Assembly (NCBI GenBank): GCA_017882335.1
Contig: JADGPR010000001.1
Location: forward strand, 27,172-91,171
DNA length: 64,000 nt
Origin: Bacteroidales bacterium
GTDB taxonomy: Bacteria > Bacteroidota > Bacteroidia > Bacteroidales > FEN-979
Reading direction: 5' to 3'
The notes below the pieces were generated by a model that worked only from the letters and a program-made list of their open reading frames with translations, was not told the origin of the DNA and ran no database searches. A program made the position numbers and the translations under genes. Of this stretch, positions 37,331 to 45,562 are shown piece after piece; positions within the stretch are counted from its first letter, which is position 1, and each line of letters begins with the position of its first letter.

Positions 37331-38245
37331 ATGCGAACCCAAAACAAAATCCGGATCATTTTCTTTTTCCTGCTGTGTTTCTGCAAGCTGGTTACTTCTG
37401 CACAGAATAAGAAGGATTCAGTTACAGAGATCACGCCGTCCATTACCTTTACTTACCTCAATTCAAATGATACCATCATCCTGACCGCAAACATCTTTGA
37501 CAAGAAAGAGCAGGGGGTCTTCGCAATTAAAAATGCCATAATTGTGTTTTCCGCCTCGGGAGATAAAGAAACCCGGAACCTCGGACAGGCTAAGGCAGAT
37601 GAAGAAGGAAACGCAATCCTGAAACTCCCCGTTGCAACAGCGATACCCAAGGATAAAGATGGCAAAACCATCTATACTGCAAAATTCAATGGAAAAGGCA
37701 AATTCCAGCCCGCCATAGAAACCTTCAGCGCTAAACTTGCCAGGATCACCGTCAATTTTTCGAAAGAAGATTCTTTACATTTTATCCTTGTCACAGCTAC
37801 ACAGGTTGACTACAAGGGTAGTGTCAAGCCAATCCAAAAAGAAAAAGTCGTCGTTTATGTGCCGCGGTTGTTTACCCTTCTGAAGATCGGCGAAACCGAT
37901 CTTGATGAGGCAGGAACGGGAAAAGTGGAATATACAGGGAAGCTTGTCGGCGACTCCCTTGGAAATATTATGGTGATTGCCCGGATTGAAGAAAACGATA
38001 AGTTCGGGAATGTTCAGGGACAATCATCGATTTCCTGGGGCATCCCGAAACAATATTATCTTGCGGAAAGACCAACCAGGGAATTATGGACACCTATTGC
38101 GCCAATCTGGATGATCGTAACACTGATCACAATGCTGACAGGGGTTTGGGCACATTATATTTATGCCGTCATCCAGCTGATTAAAATCAAACAGATAAGT
38201 AAAAAAAATCCAGGTAATCCGGAAAATAACAACAAATTTACCTGA
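37331..38245 (+). CDS. Hypothetical periplasmic beta-sandwich protein with a C-terminal TM anchor
   Basis: Signal peptide MRTQNKIRIIFFFLLCFCKLVTSA. Two similar beta-rich modules end in ...ADEEGNAILKLP and ...LDEAGTGKVEYTG. The C-terminal helix is IAPIWMIVTLITMLTGVWAHYIYAVI. Confidence 0.6.
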   Translation: MRTQNKIRIIFFFLLCFCKLVTSAQNKKDSVTEITPSITFTYLNSNDTIILTANIFDKKEQGVFAIKNAIIVFSASGDKETRNLGQAKADEEGNAILKLPVATAIPKDKDGKTIYTAKFNGKGKFQPAIETFSAKLARITVNFSKEDSLHFILVTATQVDYKGSVKPIQKEKVVVYVPRLFTLLKIGETDLDEAGTGKVEYTGKLVGDSLGNIMVIARIEENDKFGNVQGQSSISWGIPKQYYLAERPTRELWTPIAPIWMIVTLITMLTGVWAHYIYAVIQLIKIKQISKKNPGNPENNNKFT

Positions 38246-38390
38246 ACGTCAGGCAGAATACATTTGAGCATTTGCCTGAAATTTTGAACGGGAAGAATTT
38301 CTTTTCTTAATTCTAATTTGGAAATCCGGCAAATATCATGTTATTTCGTAAATTTCAACATAACTAGTAAATTCTTAAATCGTTTCCAAT

Positions 38391-39884
38391 ATGAAAATGC
38401 CAAAATCTGTTTCCAATTGGATCAGCATCATTGGGGCTATCTTTGCCATTAACAGCTTCATCCTCATTATTATTCTCTTTATCGAGTCGCTGCTTTCCAG
38501 TCATGATAATCCATACAACGGGATATTTACTTACATCATCCTTCCCGCCATAATGGTGATCGGCTTGATCCTGATTCCAATCGGAATGTTTGTGAAACGC
38601 CGCAGGAAAAGTAAGGAAGGCGAACCCAAATGGCCGGTACTGGATATGAACAGCAGCCGGCAACGTCATCGTTTATTATTGTTCTCGATTTTTACATTTC
38701 TGTTCCTGATTGTTTCGGCAGTAGGAAGTTACGAGGCTTTTAACTTTACAGAATCTATTCCCTTTTGCGGCAAGCTTTGCCATACTGTGATGGAGCCGGA
38801 ATATGTCACCTATCTTCATTCTCCCCACGCCCGCGTTGCTTGTGTGGAATGCCATGTAGGAGAGGGCGCTGACTGGTATGTAAAATCAAAGCTGTCGGGT
38901 CTTTACCAGGTATACTCCGTTTTGTTCCACAAGTATCCACAACCAATTTCAACGCCGATCAAAAATCTTCGTCCAGCACGTGAAACCTGTGAACGCTGTC
39001 ATTGGCCGGAAAAATTTTATGCCCCGAAACTGGATAACAGAAGGACCTATCTTACCGACAGCCTGAATAGCGAATGGAATGTTTCCATGATGATGAAGAT
39101 CAGTCCGAACTACAACACGATGGGCCTTACCGCCGGAATTCATTGGCATATCAACAAAGATATGCGGATCGAATACATTGCATCTACAAAAGACAGGGAA
39201 TCCATACCCTGGGTGAAATTCACAAATCTGAAAACCGGCGATGTTCAGACCTTCCAGGATACAGACAATATGCTGACGCAAAAAGCCATCGATACACTCG
39301 AGCACAGGATCATGGATTGCATGGATTGCCATAACCGGCCCTCTCATTCTTACAAATCAGCCCCGGTTTTTGTAGATGAGGGAATGATGAAGGGGGAAAT
39401 ACCGACAGAATTGCCTTTCATTAAAAAAGTTGCAATGAACGTCCTTAAGGGGCCGTTTACAAATAAGGATTCTTCTTTACGTTATATCCGAGACAGCATC
39501 TACAATTTTTACAAGATAAAATTCCCCGGCATCTATGCGGGCAAAAAATTCCTGATCGACAAAGCCATTGCAGGCATTGAGAACGAATTTTCACTCAACA
39601 TCTTTCCTTACATGCGTGTGACATCAAGCAAATATCTGAACCATATCGGGCATCTCGAATCCGATGGTTGTTTCCGTTGCCATTCCGATCGGCATAAATC
39701 CACAAAGGGGAAAGTTATTTCCAAAGACTGCGACTGGTGCCACTCATTCATTTCCCAAGGGCCATCAAACAATTTGCAATACTCTATTGTCAATAAAACC
39801 ATGGAATTTGTACATCCGGTAGATGTGAAAAACAACTGGAAAACGTACTTCTGTACTGAGTGTCATCGTACCCTTTATCCATAA
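38391..39884 (+). CDS. Membrane-anchored multiheme cytochrome, NapC/NirT-related and ImcH-like (6 CXXCH + 1 CX3CH)
   Basis: Three N-terminal TM helices. Heme motifs are CGKLCH (38766-38783, CX3CH), CVECH, CERCH, CMDCH, CFRCH, CDWCH and CTECH. Confidence 0.8.
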   Translation: MKMPKSVSNWISIIGAIFAINSFILIIILFIESLLSSHDNPYNGIFTYIILPAIMVIGLILIPIGMFVKRRRKSKEGEPKWPVLDMNSSRQRHRLLLFSIFTFLFLIVSAVGSYEAFNFTESIPFCGKLCHTVMEPEYVTYLHSPHARVACVECHVGEGADWYVKSKLSGLYQVYSVLFHKYPQPISTPIKNLRPARETCERCHWPEKFYAPKLDNRRTYLTDSLNSEWNVSMMMKISPNYNTMGLTAGIHWHINKDMRIEYIASTKDRESIPWVKFTNLKTGDVQTFQDTDNMLTQKAIDTLEHRIMDCMDCHNRPSHSYKSAPVFVDEGMMKGEIPTELPFIKKVAMNVLKGPFTNKDSSLRYIRDSIYNFYKIKFPGIYAGKKFLIDKAIAGIENEFSLNIFPYMRVTSSKYLNHIGHLESDGCFRCHSDRHKSTKGKVISKDCDWCHSFISQGPSNNLQYSIVNKTMEFVHPVDVKNNWKTYFCTECHRTLYP

Positions 39885-39945
39885 TAATTCTAAATTTGAT
39901 CTCCCGGCTGGCACACACCTTTTCAAAATTGTATAGCTTTGCTGA

Positions 39946-40428
39946 ATGAAAACCAAAAAAATTCCCTTAAAGGCAAGAAAAGCACTTGCAGAGGGTAATA
40001 TCCGGGAAGCCAATGTGCTTTTGGGTGATTATTATTCTTTACAGGGAACGGTAATTGAAGGGAGACAGATGGGAAGAATCCTGGGTTTTCCTACAGCAAA
40101 TCTCAAATTGAATGAACTTTCACCTTTGTTTCTTGCGAACGGAGTCTATGCAGTGAAAATAAAACATCATACGGCGCTATACAACGGAATGGCCAACATC
40201 GGTATCCGTCCGACCTTTGAACAGCACGAATTAACAATAGAAGTTAACCTGTTTGATTTTTCTGATGATCTCTATGGGCATGTTCTAACCCTGTTTTTCA
40301 TTGACCGGATCAGGGATGAGATGAAATTTCCCAACCTCGAGGCACTAAAACACCAGATTTCCCTTGATAAAAATCGGATACAGGAATTATTGTCCGGAAG
40401 GAACCAGCCGGATCCCTACACCAAGTAA
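39946..40428 (+). CDS. Riboflavin kinase (RibF C-terminal domain only; no FMN adenylyltransferase domain)
   Basis: Contains GTVIEGRQMGRILGFPTANL...GVYAV...NIGIRPTF...LTIEVNLFDF...LYG...FIDRIRDEMKF, which is the RibF kinase module. The protein starts in the equivalent of the interdomain linker. Only 61 bp separate it from the upstream stop. Confidence 0.8.
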   Translation: MKTKKIPLKARKALAEGNIREANVLLGDYYSLQGTVIEGRQMGRILGFPTANLKLNELSPLFLANGVYAVKIKHHTALYNGMANIGIRPTFEQHELTIEVNLFDFSDDLYGHVLTLFFIDRIRDEMKFPNLEALKHQISLDKNRIQELLSGRNQPDPYTK

Positions 40429-40857
40429 TGCAGTGACCTGCAACCGGGGAACAAGGGTTTCTATTTCAATCCGTAACATCCCTTTCTTATCTATCCGCAG
40501 ACCCTTCTTTAGGGCAATGGATGCTGTGCATGAATCCTGGTTACAGTTGCCGGTAAACCTTCCGGTCTTATCCTTTAATAAGAATTTGTACTCCTTGATC
40601 CTTTCTTCACTGGAAGGTGTGGTCATGATCATATTGAACTCAAGATTATCAAACTCATACTTGGGGGTATGATTGGCAAAGAAAAAAACATCATAGCGCT
40701 TGTCAATATCCAGAATGGGGATATCAAACCTGATTTTTTCGAAACGGTTCCATGTCTGGTCATTGAATTTATGATAACGGATAATTTCATTGTTTTTTTT
40801 GCACCCCGAAAGGATGAGAAGAAAAAGTAAACCGTAAACTAAAGCCTTATTATTCAT
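40387..40857 (-). CDS. gldH: Gliding motility lipoprotein GldH-like
   Basis: Lipoprotein signal LLFLLILSGC. The pattern W-x-F-x-I-x-F-x-I...RYDVFFFANHTPKYEFDNLEFNMIMTTPSSEE...KDKTGRFTG matches my recollection of the GldH family. Confidence 0.55.
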   Translation of the reverse strand: MNNKALVYGLLFLLILSGCKKNNEIIRYHKFNDQTWNRFEKIRFDIPILDIDKRYDVFFFANHTPKYEFDNLEFNMIMTTPSSEERIKEYKFLLKDKTGRFTGNCNQDSCTASIALKKGLRIDKKGMLRIEIETLVPRLQVTALLGVGIRLVPSGQ

Positions 40858-40880
40858 CGGTGATCTATATTATTGTTGTT

Positions 40881-43800
40881 TTAAAAATCCTCTTCCTGTT
40901 TCATCGTTTCCAGTGCCGGAAAAATGATGATAAATGTAGTTCCGGAACCTTCCCCCGACGTAAAGCTGATCTCTCCTCCCAGTCCTTGAATAATGCTTTT
41001 TACAATGGCAAGGCCCATCCCCATCCCTCCGGATTTTGTGGTAAAATTTGGCTGAAAGATCCGTTCCGATAGCTCTGCTGAAATTCCTCCGCCGCTATCT
41101 GAGATTTTTAAACTGTATTTATTGTCAGACGATTCAAGTTCAATGCTGATTATTCCGTTTTCGTTGTTTCCGATGGCCTGAATGGCATTGTTGATCAGGT
41201 TGGTGAATACCCTCAACAGCTGTTTCCTATCACCCAGGATTGTATGGGGAATGCGACTGTCGTAACGGAATTCAAACCGAATCTGTGAAGTGTCCTGGTA
41301 TAGTGCTTTTACATTTTCCAGGATTTCATTGATGTCAAGGTTTTCCGGTTGCGTGACCGGCATTTTGGCAAAATCGGAAAATTCGGATGCTATGGCCGAC
41401 AAGGATTCTATTTGTTCTGTCATGGTTTCGGTGAATCTTTTCAGCCTTTCGTCCCAATCGGAGGTACGATCTTTCCAGGCTTTTTCAAGATGCTGCACGC
41501 TGAGCTTCATTGGGGTAAGTGGATTTTTAATTTCATGCGCTACCTGTCTTGCCATTTCTCTCCATGCCGTTTCGCGTTCCGATCTGGCCAGCAAATCGGC
41601 GCTTTTCACAAGCTCATCAATCATCCGGTTGTATTCATCCACCAGCTGCCCGATTTCATCCCTGCGCTTCCATTCGATCTTATCATTGCTTTTTCCATAC
41701 GACAACTGGCTGATCCTTGATGCCAGTATTCTTAACGGCCGGCTTATGTAGTTTGAAACGACCAGGGCGAGGAATATCCCAACAATAATAAGAAAGACAT
41801 ACACATTGATGAAGGCGACAAGAAACGCAGAAATTTCTTTTTTCAGGTCATCCTGACGGGCAAAATATGGTAGATTAAGATATGCAAGCAGTTGATTCCT
41901 TTCATTGAAGAATGGAATATAGGCTGAATTGTAACCGTTTTCCCCGATCTTCTCCTTCTGAAAATAATATGAATTGTGAAAGTAATTGAGTTTAGAAAAG
42001 GCTTCCCTGTTCATCAGCTCGGAGGACAATCCCTCCTCGAAAATCTCGGGCCGCGAGGTAGCAATCAGTTTTCCTTCCGGGCTGTAGAGGTTAACATCGG
42101 CAAAAAAAACATTGGAAAATTCAGTCAGCATCTCGTTCAGTTCTTCCTTGCCCAGACCCGAAAAATCAGTTGAATTCCCGATCTTATGTTGCAGTTCAAT
42201 TAGCATGGAATGAGTACGTTCACTAAGATTTTCCCGGTTTTTTGCCGTATTCATGTTCATGATGTAATAAACGATTAGCCCTCCGGTGATCAGCAAGGAT
42301 ATGGCCAGTATCCCCGACATGGATAATTGCAACCGGTCGCCCAGCCGGAGGAAAGAAATGTTCACCACATCCGAAAACCGGATGATCATGAAAAAGAGGA
42401 TGGAAAAGAGTGTGAAGAAGAAAAAGAGATAAGAAAATGGTGCAATCCTGTCAAGAAGAGAACTTTCTTTTTTACTGACGATGAGTACATTACCCTTGTC
42501 TATAGGATAACAATAGTGACTGTAACCTTCCTGTGAATAATAATGAGCCAGCGTATGGTGTTGATCCACAGCATGATCAAGCTCCAAACTGTATTGAACA
42601 TTCCCCACCCGGTGGATCAGTTTTCCATTTCTGTAATAGGCATAGGAATAATCGGAAAGATCTGGGATTTGCCCTTCTTTTTTATCGATCAGTAATTCAG
42701 GATAGCCTATATCTTTGAAGATCAATTTGGAACTGATTTCAATGTATGCATTTTGTCCAAATATTGATTTTCTCTGGCTGGTTTCAACTGGAATCACGGC
42801 AAGGTAATTTTTATAACCATAACCATAATCAAGAAAATACAGATACCTGCTCAGAGTAGGCTTGCCGAATGAGTCAATGATATTTTGAAAATATGTCTTG
42901 CAATTGATGAGATAGTTATGCGGTTGTACCCTTAAAGTCTTTTTTTCTGAACAGAGCGTTACCTGGAATGTATAGTTATTCCAGTATCCCCTGAAATAGT
43001 TGTTCTGCAGATACCGCTCAATGCTATCTTCTCTCTCTTCAGAATTCGCCCGTGTACTATCGGAAATAATGTTCTTTAGCAGGGAATCGTTCAGGATTTG
43101 TTGTTCGGTTTTTGAGAACATCATCTCTGCCATGGCATCGCGGGCTGTACCCAGTTTCAATGCCAGTAGTTTTCGTTTTTCTTTTTCGATGGAATCATTA
43201 AAATGGTTCAATATGAATGTTCCTGTTATTGAAAAGAAAATAAGATATAGAACGATCCTGGACAGCGAAGTATCAGTTATTCTTATTCTCTTTTTTTTAA
43301 AAATATCCCTGATTCCGGTGAGGTCGAAGAAAGATTGAAACAACCGTATTGCTACCAGGAAAAAGGAAAGGAAGACCGCCGAAATGATAAAGCAGCCTAT
43401 GGTGCTTGAAAAATTCAAACTCGAAATATCCTGGAGGTTAAACGGAATTGTTGAATTCACGACCAGGTCGTGAATCACTTCAACGATTGCAAAAAACCCG
43501 GCAAGAATCAGGAGGAGGAGGAAAACCGCAACGGTTATCCGGATATATCTTTTTCTTTGGGGGAGTTTTAAAAACCCGGGGTAATGCCGGAAAAACACAT
43601 ATGCAACAAAAAGGAGCAGTATGCTGTTTACCAGAAAATCGCCCAGTGAGGGAAGAAAAAGGGATGAAGAAAAGGACCCCGGCCCAAACAGTTTCGAATC
43701 GTACAGTACCGTTGGAAAATGAAAATAAAACTGAAATATCCGGATAAGGATGATGTCGATCGAAAAACTTAAAAGAAAAAGCACCCGTGAAGGAAAGAGG

Positions 43801-44519
43801 TATTCCAGATGGCAATATAACTTATAAAGTGAGACCAGCAACAGAATGAAGCCGGCAAGGTAAAGAAGGAAGAGTATAAATACCTTCGTTTGCGGAAGGT
43901 CGGGATCAGCGGGGATCTTCAAAAAGAACAGGAACCTGCCACCGGCAGTGAGAATTGGATCCGTGCCGTACTTAATATCGATATCCGTTCCATCGGGAAC
44001 CTTGAACCCTTTTTCGAAATTGTTTTTCAGGTATTCATTCTCAAAAAGATATTGCTGCTTTATCAGGATTTGTCCGACATAAACTTTTGAATCATCTTTT
44101 TTCCTGATCACCTCGTACCAGCCATTCTTTTGTTTTTCGATATAACCGCTATTCTGAACAAATTTCCCGGATAATTTTTCCGGGCAGGAAGCAGAATTTG
44201 TTGACCAGTATACCAGCGAGTCGTTTTTATATATAAATAAAAGAATTCCATTCGTTTTGTACAACTCCTGGAATTCACGTTCCAGTTCAATCCGGTTTTG
44301 GTCCTTTTGTTGAAACGAAACTCCTTTCATTTTTTCAAATGCTTGTGAAAGCAATTTCTCTTTTTGATGAAGAACCTGGGTAAATTTTTTCGTGACATTT
44401 TCCGGGCGTACCTGAATAGAAAAAAATCCTCTCAGGATCACTGCCAGAAAAATCAGAAGCACCCCGGCGAAAAAATAATCGAAAGTTTTTCTTTTATCGA
44501 TTCCTTTAGGAAAAATCAT
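40881..44519 (-). CDS. Very large polytopic sensor histidine kinase (NtrY-like core), no adjacent response regulator
   Basis: 1212 aa with multiple TM blocks. Contains a HAMP-like segment (ISRPLRILASRISQL...EIGQLVDEYNRMIDEL), an H-box (VAHEIKNPLTPM) and an HATPase domain (GGMGMGLAIVKSII). Confidence 0.85.
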   Translation of the reverse strand: MIFPKGIDKRKTFDYFFAGVLLIFLAVILRGFFSIQVRPENVTKKFTQVLHQKEKLLSQAFEKMKGVSFQQKDQNRIELEREFQELYKTNGILLFIYKNDSLVYWSTNSASCPEKLSGKFVQNSGYIEKQKNGWYEVIRKKDDSKVYVGQILIKQQYLFENEYLKNNFEKGFKVPDGTDIDIKYGTDPILTAGGRFLFFLKIPADPDLPQTKVFILFLLYLAGFILLLVSLYKLYCHLEYLFPSRVLFLLSFSIDIILIRIFQFYFHFPTVLYDSKLFGPGSFSSSLFLPSLGDFLVNSILLLFVAYVFFRHYPGFLKLPQRKRYIRITVAVFLLLLILAGFFAIVEVIHDLVVNSTIPFNLQDISSLNFSSTIGCFIISAVFLSFFLVAIRLFQSFFDLTGIRDIFKKKRIRITDTSLSRIVLYLIFFSITGTFILNHFNDSIEKEKRKLLALKLGTARDAMAEMMFSKTEQQILNDSLLKNIISDSTRANSEEREDSIERYLQNNYFRGYWNNYTFQVTLCSEKKTLRVQPHNYLINCKTYFQNIIDSFGKPTLSRYLYFLDYGYGYKNYLAVIPVETSQRKSIFGQNAYIEISSKLIFKDIGYPELLIDKKEGQIPDLSDYSYAYYRNGKLIHRVGNVQYSLELDHAVDQHHTLAHYYSQEGYSHYCYPIDKGNVLIVSKKESSLLDRIAPFSYLFFFFTLFSILFFMIIRFSDVVNISFLRLGDRLQLSMSGILAISLLITGGLIVYYIMNMNTAKNRENLSERTHSMLIELQHKIGNSTDFSGLGKEELNEMLTEFSNVFFADVNLYSPEGKLIATSRPEIFEEGLSSELMNREAFSKLNYFHNSYYFQKEKIGENGYNSAYIPFFNERNQLLAYLNLPYFARQDDLKKEISAFLVAFINVYVFLIIVGIFLALVVSNYISRPLRILASRISQLSYGKSNDKIEWKRRDEIGQLVDEYNRMIDELVKSADLLARSERETAWREMARQVAHEIKNPLTPMKLSVQHLEKAWKDRTSDWDERLKRFTETMTEQIESLSAIASEFSDFAKMPVTQPENLDINEILENVKALYQDTSQIRFEFRYDSRIPHTILGDRKQLLRVFTNLINNAIQAIGNNENGIISIELESSDNKYSLKISDSGGGISAELSERIFQPNFTTKSGGMGMGLAIVKSIIQGLGGEISFTSGEGSGTTFIIIFPALETMKQEEDF

Positions 44520-44639
44520 CTCGCTTTTTGAAAAATAACCCTAAAAAACAGCCCTTTTATATAACTTATGAAGAACGATCTCCCGAAAACCGACCTGCTC
44601 TGTCATATTGCTCCCATCGTGCGTTATACCTCATAATTT

Positions 44640-45530
44640 TCAGCTTTTCTCCTTCTTCAGGACATAAATCAAACTTGAATAATTTTTTTTATTCCTCCGG
44701 GCAAAACAATTTGACCTGAATCCATTTATGACTGCCTGGAAATAATTTTGTTTTCCCGTTGCATATTTTTCACTTAAAAGAGAAATGTAAAATGCATCGA
44801 GTTTCATAGGGATGACCCTATCGATTTTTAACGAATGCTTTTGAGCAAGAATTTTCATCGTTTCCTGGGAAAAATGATATAGATGCCTTGGAAGATCATA
44901 AGCCGCCCAAAATTTTCCGTAATAATGAGCATCCCAGGAATCACAGTTTGGAACGGCGATGATAAGTGTTCCTTCGGGGTTCATTATTTCTATAATTTTT
45001 TTCATCCGTTCATGAAGAAGATTAACATGCTCCAGGACGTGCCACAGGGTAATGACATCAAATTCCTGAAGTACCAACTGGCTAAGATACGCTTCTTCAT
45101 ACACATCCAATTTATATTCAGTATGTGCAAAGGACCTGGGTTTTTCACCCGGCTCGATCCCTTTTACATCGAAACCATTTTGTTTACAGAAGAAAATAAA
45201 TTCACCGGTACCGCATCCGATATCCAGTAATTTTTTTCCCCTGGCATGCTCTTTAACAAGTTTGTGTTTTTTTTTAATTGACATATTCCGTATCAACCTG
45301 TAAAGAAAATTCAACCTGTTCTTTTTACCAGCATCATGCGAAACATAATCTGGTGATTCATAATATTTACCGATCTCACTTGCCCCTGGGCGGGGGTTGA
45401 CAAATTTCATTCCACAGCTATTGCAGGATAAAATTGTGTACTCTTCCTGCGTCAGAAAAAAATCACTGCTTTGCAGAAATGGAGAAAAATTTGATTTTCC
45501 ACATACCGGACAGAAAGAGAGTTTTTCCAT
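44640..45530 (-). CDS. Class I SAM-dependent methyltransferase with an N-terminal zinc ribbon
   Basis: Zinc-ribbon Cys pairs CPVCG...CNSCG, followed by SAM motif I LLDIGCGTGEF. Confidence 0.8.
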   Translation of the reverse strand: MEKLSFCPVCGKSNFSPFLQSSDFFLTQEEYTILSCNSCGMKFVNPRPGASEIGKYYESPDYVSHDAGKKNRLNFLYRLIRNMSIKKKHKLVKEHARGKKLLDIGCGTGEFIFFCKQNGFDVKGIEPGEKPRSFAHTEYKLDVYEEAYLSQLVLQEFDVITLWHVLEHVNLLHERMKKIIEIMNPEGTLIIAVPNCDSWDAHYYGKFWAAYDLPRHLYHFSQETMKILAQKHSLKIDRVIPMKLDAFYISLLSEKYATGKQNYFQAVINGFRSNCFARRNKKNYSSLIYVLKKEKS

Positions 45531-45562
45531 TCTTATTTGGTTCGTTTCACGTGGAACAATTT

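Noticed and set aside
29959-39884. Interpretation of the cluster as Alternative Complex III, or as an MtrCAB-type porin-cytochrome conduit.
   Set aside because: There is no ActB-like molybdopterin-fold subunit and only one NrfD-like gene, so it is not ACIII. The only barrel is about 270 aa when mature, far smaller than MtrB-type sheaths, so a threaded cytochrome conduit is not supported.
28815-40428. The idea that the cytochrome locus is an island that inserted into and truncated ribF.
   Set aside because: No FAD-synthetase fragment, integrase, transposase or flanking direct repeat was seen on either side. asd lies on the left flank. I could not compute composition, so no compositional claim is made.
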